The notes: generated from the letters alone by a model not told the origin. 64,000 nt of DNA from an uncultured virus (IMG/VR IMGVR_UViG_2061766007_002383) (IMGVR_UViG_2061766007_002383); one strand, 5' to 3'; counted from the first letter of the stretch, positions 52,103-63,516 are shown. Numbers and translations are program-made.

Positions 52103-53442
52103 GTTTTAAAGATGACCCATATGGGAGCGTCAATATTAAAATCGATAATGCAGACATCTCATTAGATATATTAGAAATCAACAAAGCAGAAACACATTTT
52201 GAATTAAATAAGCCATTAAATACAATCTTATATAATGATATAATTATTGATGCAACATTATATGAAAATAATAATATCGTAAAGAATGGTACTGTAATGG
52301 TATCAATATGGAATGCAAAAAAGACAACAAAATATCCATATGACACTATATTAACTATTGATAACGGAAATATAACAACAACTATTCCGACTAAATTACC
52401 AGTCGGCGAATATATATTAAGCTTATCTTATAATGGAGATAAATATTTTAAAGAAAACACAACAAACTTCATCTTTACAATCGACAAAAGAACATTAATA
52501 TGTTACTATGATAAGTCATCATATTATGGAGACCCTGAAGAAACTGTAACTGTTCAAGGTACTATCAGAGATAAAGACAATAAAAAAATTATTCCAAACT
52601 GTCCATTAAAATATCAATTTAACAATATCATATATGATATCGTAACAGATTCAAATGGTCGCTTTTCTGTTAATGTAACAATTCCACCTACAGATATAAG
52701 TCATTGTAATGTAATAAATGCAGGTGAATCCTTATCTGTAGATGACCCAGATTATTTAGGATATAGAAGTAGTTCTTCTTATCAAAAAGTATCATATCCA
52801 TTATGTGTATGCTCAACAAGAGAAAATTATATCTTAAAACCTACACAAGTTTATGTTATAGCAAATAAATTATCTACAAGCATTAATACAAATATCACTT
52901 CTTATGATAATATTAATAAAGCAACAATTGTAGGAGAAGTTAGAGCAGACACAGATAATGCTTACAAATATGCAAGATATGGATACATTGATATAAGTGT
53001 ATTGAATGACGCCTATAAAATTCATACAAGTCTAAATGCATCTGGTGATTTCTCTGAAGATATATTGTTTACAAATCTTGTAGACTCAATAGAAAACAAT
53101 GAACCAACTGTAGTACATGATGACACCAGTGCGTCATTAGGTACGCAAGTAAATGCTTCAGTAATTAAGTCATCACTTAAAGTCGGAGACACTATGCAAT
53201 GTGATGCTCAAATCATATCCACATACGGAAATGTAATTGATGGAATGATTGCATTTTTATTATATAATAGCGATGAAAGGCAAGTGTATCGCTATGTATC
53301 AAAATTAGATGAAGAAGGAAAAGCTACATTCCTTTTTAACACTTCAAAAAGTGGAACTTATACTATTAAAATTAATTATTATGGAATGGGTAGGTACAAA
53401 GATTCAGAAAATAATGAAGACATCGTGTTTGAGGTTGTATAA
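52084..53442 (+). CDS. Ig-like repeat tail/adhesin protein
   Basis: LPVGEYILSLSYNGDKYF, TDSNGRF and SGTYTIKINYYG. Confidence 0.7.
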   Translation: MAINQISFKDDPYGSVNIKIDNADISLDILEINKAETHFELNKPLNTILYNDIIIDATLYENNNIVKNGTVMVSIWNAKKTTKYPYDTILTIDNGNITTTIPTKLPVGEYILSLSYNGDKYFKENTTNFIFTIDKRTLICYYDKSSYYGDPEETVTVQGTIRDKDNKKIIPNCPLKYQFNNIIYDIVTDSNGRFSVNVTIPPTDISHCNVINAGESLSVDDPDYLGYRSSSSYQKVSYPLCVCSTRENYILKPTQVYVIANKLSTSINTNITSYDNINKATIVGEVRADTDNAYKYARYGYIDISVLNDAYKIHTSLNASGDFSEDILFTNLVDSIENNEPTVVHDDTSASLGTQVNASVIKSSLKVGDTMQCDAQIISTYGNVIDGMIAFLLYNSDERQVYRYVSKLDEEGKATFLFNTSKSGTYTIKINYYGMGRYKDSENNEDIVFEVV

Positions 53443-54218
53443 TGGCATACAAAGAAGATTTAGGAAGAGTAAAAGGAGATAAAGGAGATACAGGAGATAC
53501 CTACGTTCCAACCATTACTAATAACGATGATGGAACAATAACAATAACCTTTACCAACGATAATGATAATAGTGTTGTTGAATTTCCGAATTTAGTACTC
53601 CCATATTATGTCCCATACGTAGATAACAGTACAAAACAAATTAAATTTAGATTAAATACAAGTGAACCAGCTCCAACTGTAGGAAGTATCAACTTAAGCG
53701 ATTTAAAAGGTGAAGATGGGCATATAGCAATTGAAATCATTAATCAACTACCATCTCTCAATAACGCACAAAGAGATACAATATATATCAAAGTTGAAGA
53801 TACAGACAATGACAACATAGATAGTAAGGTTACAGCTTATATAGTTTACGAAGACACACAAGGAAATAAAAGATGGGAAACAATTGAGCAATTCATTGAT
53901 TTAAATAATTATTATGACAAAACAGCTGTTGATGGTATTGTAACTGATATTGAAGCGGATATAAATGCTCGTTTAGAATGTATTTTAGCACAACAACAAA
54001 ATATTAATAGTATTCTTACTAATGGTATTAATTTAGAGGACGAAGAAATGACATCATCTAATCCTATTATTCATGTATTGTCAAGCGAACAAGTTGATGA
54101 TTTAAGAGATGAAATTAGTGCTCAATTAAAAGAGTATATTAAAGACGAAGACATTAATCTTGTTCTTGAAGAAAATGATGGAATTTTAAGTATTGTTATT
54201 CAAAGAGTAGATGATTAA
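53442..54218 (+). CDS. Tail fibre-associated protein with a short collagen-like segment
   Basis: DLGRVKGDKGDTGD, LKGEDG and WETI..IDLNNYYDK. Confidence 0.65.
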   Translation: MAYKEDLGRVKGDKGDTGDTYVPTITNNDDGTITITFTNDNDNSVVEFPNLVLPYYVPYVDNSTKQIKFRLNTSEPAPTVGSINLSDLKGEDGHIAIEIINQLPSLNNAQRDTIYIKVEDTDNDNIDSKVTAYIVYEDTQGNKRWETIEQFIDLNNYYDKTAVDGIVTDIEADINARLECILAQQQNINSILTNGINLEDEEMTSSNPIIHVLSSEQVDDLRDEISAQLKEYIKDEDINLVLEENDGILSIVIQRVDD

Positions 54219-54219
54219 T

Positions 54220-55875
54220 ATGATAAAAAGTGATGATATTTGCAATAATTACGAATTAATCGCAAACAATTTTACTTACTTATATAAAAAATTAAGTAAG
54301 AAATTAGTTAATTACGGAATTACACACGTGAGCAATCAATCATTTACCAAATTAATCGAAGAAATCAACAATATATATGCAGTAGACCATTATTATAAAA
54401 AAAATACAAAGCCCACAGATACCTCAAATTTACCTATACCAGGCGATACAAGTTATGACGATTACAATATAGAGTTAGCAAAAAAAACTAACTTTTACAT
54501 GCAATTATTAAGATACTATTTAGCCTTAAAAGGAGTGCCATTAACAGATATTAATGAAGCCCAAACAATATCAGAACGTATTGATTTAATTGATTCTATT
54601 GATATTGTTATGATTGGAGTACTAACTGTATTAACTGAAGACGAATATAATTATGGAGAATTGATAGAAGCCCCTTATATTCTAACAGATAATTATGGTA
54701 ATGATATTAACAGTACAGATATTACAATTACTTATGGAGAAGATATAGATATTCCATGCACAATAGCGGATGATAAAATATTCTTCTATCCATATAAATT
54801 AGGAGAAAATACATATTATTTCAAATTTAATGGTGCACCTAAATACATTTCTAGCCAAATGATACGTACATTTAATGTATTGCCAGCAAGAACACATCTT
54901 GATATATCACTTATTAATGTCACAAATGGTAGATATTATAACAGTAATGATACTGGATATGATACAGACCAATGGCATTTAGTAATTGAATCAAAAGGGT
55001 TACGTAATAAAATAAAACCTAATACACCAATTAAAGTATTAGTAAATAATGTTGTTATGACAACAATTACAACCGATGAAAACGGTAAATATGACGATTA
55101 TATTAATTTTCCAAATTTTGGAGATAATATTGTTACTATACAAACAGATTATGAAGATAACAACACCAGTTACGACTATAATATAAAAATATTGCATAAC
55201 CTATTTTGTAGACAGTCTGAAAGGATTGTGCGATATGGTGCACAAACTAATTATGCATTAACTATTCAATTATGTAATGAATTAGATGGTAGTGCACCAT
55301 ATCGTGATTATGATGGTCAAAGAGTATGGTTCTATCTTGATGGAGAATATAAGGGGGTTGAATTTGTAAGTAATGGTAAAATTAATTATGTAATTGATGA
55401 ATTATCTATTGGTTTACATAATTTTGACATAAAAATGGTATTAGAAACAGACGCTCATTTTGAAGAAATAGCAGATGAATTATATGATAATATCACTTAT
55501 GAAATAACTACAACAGATGATAATGGTGCAACAATTACCGAAACCACCGCCCCTGATGGCATGCCTTTTATAAAAACAATTATTTTTGATATTAGAGAAA
55601 ATTTAAATGTATATAACTATATTCAAATAGATAATAATGGAGATTTATTGTTATCAACAACAAGTACTGTTGATATACTTGATAATCCAAGCTTATTATA
55701 TACAATTCTTGGTCATGCTCAATTTGATTCAAATAAAAATTTAATACTCGAAACTGTCCCTATTGCGGATAATATTGAAGACACCATAAAAGAAGGAATT
55801 ACTACCATTAGCATCGATGATAATGGAATTATTACATATCAAACTGTAAATGATATATATAGTTTAGATAATTAA
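54220..55875 (+). CDS. Tail-associated Ig-like protein
   Basis: Ig-like repeats (TTDENG, LSIGLHNF); helical N-terminus; start could be 54211. Confidence 0.6.
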   Translation: MIKSDDICNNYELIANNFTYLYKKLSKKLVNYGITHVSNQSFTKLIEEINNIYAVDHYYKKNTKPTDTSNLPIPGDTSYDDYNIELAKKTNFYMQLLRYYLALKGVPLTDINEAQTISERIDLIDSIDIVMIGVLTVLTEDEYNYGELIEAPYILTDNYGNDINSTDITITYGEDIDIPCTIADDKIFFYPYKLGENTYYFKFNGAPKYISSQMIRTFNVLPARTHLDISLINVTNGRYYNSNDTGYDTDQWHLVIESKGLRNKIKPNTPIKVLVNNVVMTTITTDENGKYDDYINFPNFGDNIVTIQTDYEDNNTSYDYNIKILHNLFCRQSERIVRYGAQTNYALTIQLCNELDGSAPYRDYDGQRVWFYLDGEYKGVEFVSNGKINYVIDELSIGLHNFDIKMVLETDAHFEEIADELYDNITYEITTTDDNGATITETTAPDGMPFIKTIIFDIRENLNVYNYIQIDNNGDLLLSTTSTVDILDNPSLLYTILGHAQFDSNKNLILETVPIADNIEDTIKEGITTISIDDNGIITYQTVNDIYSLDN

Positions 55876-55891
55876 AAATAATAACAAAGGG

Positions 55892-56242
55892 ATGTTTATG
55901 ACAAATACAACTATTAACTTGAGTACATATTATTTAAAAAAAACAGATGTTGATTCAGCATTATCTAGTTCAAGTGTTAACCCAGTACAAAATAAAAAAA
56001 TTACAGAAGCTTTAAATGCAAAATTAANNNNNNNNNNTAAACCAGTACAAAATAAAGTTATCAAAACAGCATTAGATAATAAGCTTAATACATCAGATAT
56101 AGATTCAGCATTATCTACTACAAGTACCAAGCCAGTACAAAATAAAGTTATTCAAACAGCATTAAATAATAAACTCAATACATCAGATTTAATTACAGAA
56201 TTTAATAATATAATTACACAAATAAACAATTTAGAAGGGTAA
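55892..56242 (+). CDS. Short tail fibre repeat protein (contains the N-gap 56028-56037)
   Basis: DSALS.TS..PVQNK.I repeats. Confidence 0.6.
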   Translation: MFMTNTTINLSTYYLKKTDVDSALSSSSVNPVQNKKITEALNAKLXXXXKPVQNKVIKTALDNKLNTSDIDSALSTTSTKPVQNKVIQTALNNKLNTSDLITEFNNIITQINNLEG

Positions 56243-57540
56243 ATATGGGGAAAGAAGTAGATATTAAACATTATATTGAAAGTTTTAATTATATTACTAC
56301 AGCAGATGTCAATAGATTATTAAACAATAAAGTTGATAAAGTTGCTGGTAAAGGATTATCCACTAATGATTATACAACTGCTGAAAAAAATAAATTAAGT
56401 GGTATTGAAGAAAATGCAAATAAAACAATTATTGATTCGTCTCTATCTACCTCAAGTACTAATCCAGTACAAAATAAAGTTATTAAAACAGCATTAGATG
56501 GCAAACTCAATACATCAAATATTGATTCATCTTTATCTGACTCAAGTATTAATCCAGTACAAAATAAAGTTATTAAAACAGCATTGGATGCAAAAGTTAA
56601 TAAAACTGACATTGATTCATCTTTATCCACATCAAGTACGAATCCTGTACAAAATAAAAAAGTTAAAGAAGCTTTAGATACAAAAGTAGATAAAGACGGT
56701 TCAAAAGTGTTATCTACAAATGATTTTACTAACGCATATAAACAATCATTAGATAATTTAGAATCTAATCTTAATGCCAAATCAGATATTGGACATGGAC
56801 ATGATTTTTTAAATATTTATGATATTAGAGCAAATGACGATTTAAATGACAGTAAATTCTTGACTCCAGGTATTTTTATATGTAAACTTAATGCTACAGC
56901 GGTAACTGTAACATCTGGTACTGATGCTCAAGATAATCCTATTATACCCTCAACTCAAGCTTTTGCTCTCGTAGTTTTACAAACAGCAAGAGCAAGTACA
57001 AACACGTTTGGACATAAACAAATTTTAATGAGTTATAGTAATGTAGACCAAAATAATTTTATTAAAACAAGAAATATATATGGTAATAGAATTGGAGAAT
57101 GGAGAACTATAGCTGATAGTTACAATACATATAATAAAACCGAAATTGATTCTTTATTAGATAATATAACTAATAATAGTACTTTAAACGAAGAAATAAA
57201 TGAATTATCCAATAATTTAACAAATGTGCTTAAAAGTTATCAATCATCTTTATCCGCTTTAGAAAGTAGTGAGGCATATCAAAATAGTGAAGGTACAACA
57301 ACATTAGAAAAATTACAAGATGCTATAGAAGATGATTTAGCCAATACTGAATACACATCAGGATATTATAGATTTGATATATTTGATAGCGATATTAATA
57401 AATATTATGCAGGATATTATGATAACGAAACACATACAATTACAGATTTAAATGAAATAATCCCTATTGATTCAGCATTATCTACCACAAGTAAAAATCC
57501 TGTACAAAATAAAGTAATTAATACCGCACTTAATAATAAA
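55948..57540 (+). repeat. Dispersed ~80-bp repeat family encoding IDSALSTTSTNPVQNKVIKTALD
   Basis: At least seven CCAGTACAAAATAAA / CCTGTACAAAATAAA cores across two adjacent genes. Confidence 0.85.
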
Positions 57541-59685
57541 GTTGATAAAGTAAGTGGTAAAAAATTATCTACTAATGATTATACTAATGCTGACAAAAAT
57601 AAATTGGCTAATATTGAAGCTAATGCTAATAATTATATACACCCAGAAACACATCCAGCATCTATGATTACTGATTTAGCAAATATAGCCACTACTGGTT
57701 CTTATTATGACCTTGATGATGTACCAATAGAACTATTAAAAATGACAGAAATTTCATATGATGATTTATATGATGATTATGAATTAATAGATAACGATAG
57801 AAATGTTACAACATTAATGGAAGAAATGGGAACTATTCAAGAAGGTATACGATATCATTGTATAGGAACACGTATATATGAAGATGAAGAAAGCGAAAAT
57901 GAAGAAGGTACATATACCATAGAACTTACACCAACACCTTATTATTATTTAATTTATTTACTTAATGACGATACATTTTATTTATTTTATGGTGGAGATA
58001 TTAATTCAGAAATAATTCAAATACAAGATATTAGCGGAAAAGAAGATAAAAATAATAAGGTCACCTCTTGGTCATCAACAACAACAGATACTCATTATCC
58101 AAGCGAAAAATTGGTAAAAGATAGTTTAGATACAAAATTGACAACACCTATATATACTGGAAATAAAGACAAATTTCTTATAAATTTTGGTAATTCAATT
58201 CAATGGATAGATAATGACACATCAACTATTGGTAATGAAGAAGTGTATGATAATATTAAAAATGGAGAATCTGACCATTTATCACTAACATCACAAAAAT
58301 GTATTAATGATGCAATAAATGTTAAAATGGGTAATAAAGTAGATAAAGAAACTGGTAAAGGTTTATTTAGCGGTTCATACAATGATTTAACCAATAAACC
58401 AAGTATTCCTGTAGATGTTTCTGAATTAACTGATACTCAAAATACTCAATTTACTCCTAAAAGCCATACACATAATTATGCTGAAGTTTCTCATGGTCAT
58501 TCATTATTAGATTTGTCTGATACATCATTTGTCAGCAACTATAACACAACATTTACAAGACAAACCACAACAGTTAATGAATCATTAAATGACTTACTTA
58601 CACAAGTAAACGTTTTTAATATGTGGTTAGAAAATGATTATAATACCGCCTTTGACCCAAGTTATGAACATATGGATAGTTTAGAGGATGTTGTTGGATG
58701 GGCTGAAGATATGTATGACAATGTTGTTTTATATGAAGATTTGCCCACTATTCCAAGCAAGACAAGTGATTTAACAAATGATAGTGGATTCATTACAAGT
58801 CATCAAGATTTAAGTAATTATGTGCAGAAATCACAGACAAGTGGATTAATAAAAAATGATGGAACTATTGATACAAACACATATTTAACAAGTCATCAAG
58901 ATATTAGTGGAAAAGTTAATACTTCTGACCTTGTAGGTACTTTCACAGAACTACAAGAATTAATTACAAATGCAAGTAGTGGAGATACAATAGTATTAGA
59001 AAAAAACTATAAAAACACAGACAGTACAAGTATCATGATTAATAATAAATCATTAACTATTATTGGAAATGGACATATTATAGATGGGAATAAACAAAAT
59101 AAATCCATCAGTATAATTGGTTATAATTCAGTATCTTATAATNNNNNNNNNNNNNNNNNNNNNNNNNNNNNNNCTCAAACTAATGCAATTCAAGGGTATC
59201 CTCAAAATAGCGATAATTTTAATGGATATACTTTAAATATACAATATTGTACATTCATAAATAATAAAAATGGGATTTGGTATACTCGAAATGTTTCTGA
59301 TAAGAATATTTCTAATTGTGTTTTCATTAACCATTCCGATTATGCAATAAGTATTGCAACTCCATTAACTACTATTAATTGTACTTTTATTAATAGTCCG
59401 ATTAATTCTACTTATGTTATTAATAAGAATTATTTAACTGACCATCAGAGTATTACTGGTAAAGAAGATAGTAGCAATAAGGTTACTTCTTGGACAAGCA
59501 CTACAACAGATACACATTATCCAAGCGAAAAACTTGTTAAAGACAGTCTTGATGGGAAAGCAAATAGTACACATAATCATACATCTTCAAACATGACTGA
59601 TATGAGTACTGTTCAAGTAGTTGTAACATATACAGATAATACAACTGAAACATTAACATTATTCAAACAAAATCAACAACCATAG
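56245..59685 (+). CDS. Long modular tail fibre / adhesin (contains the N-gap 59143-59173)
   Basis: KVDKVAGKGLSTNDYT, PVQNK repeats, HxH motifs, a pyocin-knob-like segment and the adhesin repeat GTFTELQELITNASSGDTIVLEKNY. Confidence 0.75.
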   Translation: MGKEVDIKHYIESFNYITTADVNRLLNNKVDKVAGKGLSTNDYTTAEKNKLSGIEENANKTIIDSSLSTSSTNPVQNKVIKTALDGKLNTSNIDSSLSDSSINPVQNKVIKTALDAKVNKTDIDSSLSTSSTNPVQNKKVKEALDTKVDKDGSKVLSTNDFTNAYKQSLDNLESNLNAKSDIGHGHDFLNIYDIRANDDLNDSKFLTPGIFICKLNATAVTVTSGTDAQDNPIIPSTQAFALVVLQTARASTNTFGHKQILMSYSNVDQNNFIKTRNIYGNRIGEWRTIADSYNTYNKTEIDSLLDNITNNSTLNEEINELSNNLTNVLKSYQSSLSALESSEAYQNSEGTTTLEKLQDAIEDDLANTEYTSGYYRFDIFDSDINKYYAGYYDNETHTITDLNEIIPIDSALSTTSKNPVQNKVINTALNNKVDKVSGKKLSTNDYTNADKNKLANIEANANNYIHPETHPASMITDLANIATTGSYYDLDDVPIELLKMTEISYDDLYDDYELIDNDRNVTTLMEEMGTIQEGIRYHCIGTRIYEDEESENEEGTYTIELTPTPYYYLIYLLNDDTFYLFYGGDINSEIIQIQDISGKEDKNNKVTSWSSTTTDTHYPSEKLVKDSLDTKLTTPIYTGNKDKFLINFGNSIQWIDNDTSTIGNEEVYDNIKNGESDHLSLTSQKCINDAINVKMGNKVDKETGKGLFSGSYNDLTNKPSIPVDVSELTDTQNTQFTPKSHTHNYAEVSHGHSLLDLSDTSFVSNYNTTFTRQTTTVNESLNDLLTQVNVFNMWLENDYNTAFDPSYEHMDSLEDVVGWAEDMYDNVVLYEDLPTIPSKTSDLTNDSGFITSHQDLSNYVQKSQTSGLIKNDGTIDTNTYLTSHQDISGKVNTSDLVGTFTELQELITNASSGDTIVLEKNYKNTDSTSIMINNKSLTIIGNGHIIDGNKQNKSISIIGYNSVSYNXXXXXXXXXXXQTNAIQGYPQNSDNFNGYTLNIQYCTFINNKNGIWYTRNVSDKNISNCVFINHSDYAISIATPLTTINCTFINSPINSTYVINKNYLTDHQSITGKEDSSNKVTSWTSTTTDTHYPSEKLVKDSLDGKANSTHNHTSSNMTDMSTVQVVVTYTDNTTETLTLFKQNQQP

Positions 59686-59697
59686 GAGATGATTTAA

Positions 59698-60120
59698 ATA
59701 GTTGAAGATATTACTTGGATTATTGGTAACAAAACAGTACAATCATTAACAATTAATAATAAAGAAGTGCAATCAATTAAATTAGCATCAAATAACACAG
59801 TAATATACTCAAAAGGTGCAGTAGTCGAAGAACCAACTGAAAGTATAACAATAAATAGTGTAATTACTGAAAGTGGAAAAACAGGAACTGTATACGAAAT
59901 CAATGTAACTTATTCAAATTTAGTAATAGGAACACGATATATAGATAATATGAGCAGCGCACGAGGGTTTGCTGCAACATCAACAGAATACACTTATACT
60001 TGTTCTATTGTACGAGGTTGTCCCAATTCGCTTCCATTTACAGTAACTTTAATGAATAACTATTTACAAACAGTTGCAACAGTTACTGTAACCAGTACAA
60101 CACCACCATACACCTCATAG
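59698..60120 (+). CDS. Small tail-associated protein; probable start is the non-canonical ATA at 59698 (track uses GTG at 59767)
   Basis: A GGAGATGA RBS lies just before an in-frame ATA, and the frame is open to 60120. Confidence 0.55.
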   Translation: MVEDITWIIGNKTVQSLTINNKEVQSIKLASNNTVIYSKGAVVEEPTESITINSVITESGKTGTVYEINVTYSNLVIGTRYIDNMSSARGFAATSTEYTYTCSIVRGCPNSLPFTVTLMNNYLQTVATVTVTSTTPPYTS

Positions 60121-60130
60121 GAGAATAATC

Positions 60131-61414
60131 ATGGCTACAATCAATCAATTATGGACAAACTTAAAAACATTATTAAATAGATTCTATATCAAAAAGAAAA
60201 AAGACCACACACAATCAGCTAACGCAATAGTTACTACAGACGCTAATGGTGACGCTGTAACAAGTGCTACAATATCCACGTCAAAAATTACTGGATTAAG
60301 TGCTGTTGCAACATCTGGCTCATATAATAGCCTAGACCATTTACCAGATATTCCATCTAAAACAAGCGACCTAATAAATGATGGTGATGGTGCTAATACT
60401 TTTGTAATGACTAATGATACAAGACTAACCAATGCTCGTACACCAACTTCACATAAACATGGAAATATAGAAAATGGTGGAACATTATCAACTGCTTCAA
60501 ACTTTGTTGTTACTGATTCAAGCAAAAAAATAACTACACAAAGTCAAATAGGACAAATAAAATTCAATGGAGCAATAGGTACAACAGCAAATAAACCACT
60601 AATTACAACAAGCAATGGAGTTGTTACAACTGGAAGTTTTGGAACAGGTAGTAATACTTTTGCCATGGGAAATCATACTCACGATTCAACTTATTTAAAA
60701 TTATCAAATATAGCATATGATAATGGAGCACTAACAGTAGGAGCGGTGACACAAGAAGAGTTATATAAAACAGACGTTCATAGCAGTAGATATAATTTTA
60801 AAATTGACCAAACTTCAAACGTTAGAGTGAGAATGACAGATTATAACAACCAGCCAGTTATAGGCAAAACTGTAACAGTAACAGCAAATATTGGACAATT
60901 TGAAAATGGAGAATTAGAATATACTGGAACTACTGATGAAAATGGAGAATTTACAGTTACATACACCGCAACACAATGGGGTATTATTAATTTTAGAGCA
61001 AATGAAGCATCATTTACATGTATCGTTAATGGATTTAGAAAAACAACATTATTTACAAAATCACATGGGTCTAAATTTGATTTTTTTGTCAATGAATTAA
61101 CACATCAATGTATTTTACAGATTCATTTTTTTACCGCAGACTATAGTAGTAAATTCCCCTTAACAAAAGATAAAACTAAAAATATATCATCTTTTACATT
61201 AGATAAAAAATATACCCCACCAAGCCATACTAATGGTGCTATGTATCGTCCAGATATGGTATGGGGTTTGTATACAGGATGGGACCCACAAAATAATACT
61301 GGTGATGGTATTCCTGATGATAAATGGTATTTATGTGTCAGGTCTATGATTGCCAATGCAACACCTGGAACAAATACTAGTTTTCAAATTAAATTTGAAT
61401 GGACTTATTCATAG
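60131..61414 (+). CDS. Tail fibre protein with HxH motifs and a Big-1-like Ig domain
   Basis: VATSGSYNSL, HKHG, FGTGSNTFAMGNHTH and GTTDENGEFTVTY. Confidence 0.7.
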   Translation: MATINQLWTNLKTLLNRFYIKKKKDHTQSANAIVTTDANGDAVTSATISTSKITGLSAVATSGSYNSLDHLPDIPSKTSDLINDGDGANTFVMTNDTRLTNARTPTSHKHGNIENGGTLSTASNFVVTDSSKKITTQSQIGQIKFNGAIGTTANKPLITTSNGVVTTGSFGTGSNTFAMGNHTHDSTYLKLSNIAYDNGALTVGAVTQEELYKTDVHSSRYNFKIDQTSNVRVRMTDYNNQPVIGKTVTVTANIGQFENGELEYTGTTDENGEFTVTYTATQWGIINFRANEASFTCIVNGFRKTTLFTKSHGSKFDFFVNELTHQCILQIHFFTADYSSKFPLTKDKTKNISSFTLDKKYTPPSHTNGAMYRPDMVWGLYTGWDPQNNTGDGIPDDKWYLCVRSMIANATPGTNTSFQIKFEWTYS

Positions 61415-61422
61415 AGGTTAAA

Positions 61423-62190
61423 ATGTTATTTGAATTTAAAATTTACAATAAAGAATTAACAAAAATAAATAATCAAAACACCATCAACACAGACAGATAC
61501 ACAAAATGTAGATTTTATTTTCAAAAAGAAATTTGGCAAGACAAAGAAATCTATGTCACATTCATAGACGAAACTGGCTACAACCAAATAATAGTATTGG
61601 GAAAATGGAATGAAGTATTAAGTTGTACAATCCCACAACAATTCCTAAAAGGCAAATACTTCAAAATATTCGCATACACAGACACACTATTTCGTACTAA
61701 TACCATCAAAGTTAATACTAATTTAGAAAAATGTAATACTTGTAGAACACATAATCATAATGCTGTCAAATATCTGACAGATGAACTAAAACAAAAAATT
61801 GACAATATAATATTTGAAAATAACCAACTAAAATGTTATAGCAATAACACATTAATAGATACAATATATATCGATAATGTAGATGAAGCTGTTGTACAAC
61901 AGCAAATAGATTTACATTTTCAAAACTTAAATCCTAAAATAGATAATATCATATTCATTAATAATAATTTAATCTGCTATGCTGATAATGAAGTTGTTTG
62001 CACAATTCCATTGTCCTTATCAGATGTAGCTTGGAGTGGGGATTACAATGATTTAAATAACATACCAGAAACCTTTAATCCATCGCAACATACTCACCAA
62101 ATGGTCGATGTTACTGATTATGAAGATAATGTTAGCATGGATTTAAACGTCCTATTAGACTTTTTAGGCGATGAAATAAGCAAAGAGTGA
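61423..62190 (+). CDS. BppU-like N-terminal domain tail protein
   Basis: CRFYFQKEIW...CTIP; internal KIDNIIF.NN.L.CY duplication; GAGGT RBS. Confidence 0.55.
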   Translation: MLFEFKIYNKELTKINNQNTINTDRYTKCRFYFQKEIWQDKEIYVTFIDETGYNQIIVLGKWNEVLSCTIPQQFLKGKYFKIFAYTDTLFRTNTIKVNTNLEKCNTCRTHNHNAVKYLTDELKQKIDNIIFENNQLKCYSNNTLIDTIYIDNVDEAVVQQQIDLHFQNLNPKIDNIIFINNNLICYADNEVVCTIPLSLSDVAWSGDYNDLNNIPETFNPSQHTHQMVDVTDYEDNVSMDLNVLLDFLGDEISKE

Positions 62191-62195
62191 TAATT

Positions 62196-63500
62196 ATGGC
62201 AATAGATAGTACAAAAATCGCAAAAGTAAAAAATGCGATGGATAATAGATATGAAAATAAACAGGCAAATAAAAAAACAGATATAAGCGGCGATTACAGT
62301 GAAGACACTTCTTCATATCCAACTGCAGGTGCTGTACAGTCTTATGTTGAAGGCAAAGGTTATATTACAAGCCACCAAGACATTAGCGGTAAAGAAGACT
62401 CTTCTAACAAAGTTACAACTTGGAGTTCAACCACCAATAATACAAGATATCCATCTGAAAAATTAGTAAAAGACTCATTAGATGGTAAAATAAGTACATC
62501 CAACACCGCAGGTCTTGTTAAAAACGATGGTACAATTGATACAAACACTTATTTAACAGAGCACCAAAGTTTATCAAATTATATTCAAAAAGATAGTACA
62601 AGTGGTCTTGTAAAAAATGACGGAACTATTGACACAACTACTTACTTAACTACTCACCAAGATATTAGTGGTAAAGCAAATAGTGCAGATTTAGCAACTG
62701 TAGCTACATCAGGAAGTTATGCAGATTTAAACAACATTCCAGCAACCTTTACACCATCAAGCCACATGCATGGAAGTATCACCAACGATGGTAAAATCGG
62801 AACTGAAGCAGGAAAGCCATTAATAACAACAACTGGTGGAGAAATCAGTAGGGGTGCATTCGGAACAAGTTCAGGCACATTTGCAGAAGGTGACCACACA
62901 CATGCTCAATATTTAACAGCGCATCAATCATTATCTGATATCGGTGGTGTAGTAACAGTAGAAAAACAACAATCAGCAGAAACAGGATATGCACATACCT
63001 ACGTAGTTAAACAAAATGGTAGTCAAGTCGGTGCAAAAATCAATATCCCAAAAGACTTATTACTTAAAAGTGCAAGTAAAGAAGTTGTTGGAAGCACACC
63101 AACTACATTAGAGACTGAAAACAGTTTAACAACTGGCGATGTATATTTAAAATTCATTGTTAACACCGAAGATAATGATAATGCAACAACATTAATTATT
63201 CCTATCAACGATTTAGTAGAAGACACCACATATACTGCTGGTTCTGGTCTTACATTATCCAATAATGAATTTAGTATTGCAAATGGCGATATTAGTTTAT
63301 CAATGTTAGCAAGTGGAGTACAAACAAGTTTAGGATATGCAAATACATTTAATTCAAGCCCAGCATCAGGAATCACTTCCACACAAATCTCCAATTGGGA
63401 TACAATGGCAAGTGGTGGAATGACCGCTAATGATGTTGATGCAAGAATTAATCAAGCATTAGATGATTTAGCAGAGTTAATTTATCCAACATCAAATTAA
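62196..63500 (+). CDS. Modular tail fibre protein
   Basis: Shares the HQDISGKEDSSNKV, GLVKNDGTIDT and FGT.SGTFAEGDHTH modules with neighbours; TTYTAGSGLTL. Confidence 0.7.
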   Translation: MAIDSTKIAKVKNAMDNRYENKQANKKTDISGDYSEDTSSYPTAGAVQSYVEGKGYITSHQDISGKEDSSNKVTTWSSTTNNTRYPSEKLVKDSLDGKISTSNTAGLVKNDGTIDTNTYLTEHQSLSNYIQKDSTSGLVKNDGTIDTTTYLTTHQDISGKANSADLATVATSGSYADLNNIPATFTPSSHMHGSITNDGKIGTEAGKPLITTTGGEISRGAFGTSSGTFAEGDHTHAQYLTAHQSLSDIGGVVTVEKQQSAETGYAHTYVVKQNGSQVGAKINIPKDLLLKSASKEVVGSTPTTLETENSLTTGDVYLKFIVNTEDNDNATTLIIPINDLVEDTTYTAGSGLTLSNNEFSIANGDISLSMLASGVQTSLGYANTFNSSPASGITSTQISNWDTMASGGMTANDVDARINQALDDLAELIYPTSN

Positions 63501-63516
63501 AAATGGAGGTATTTAA

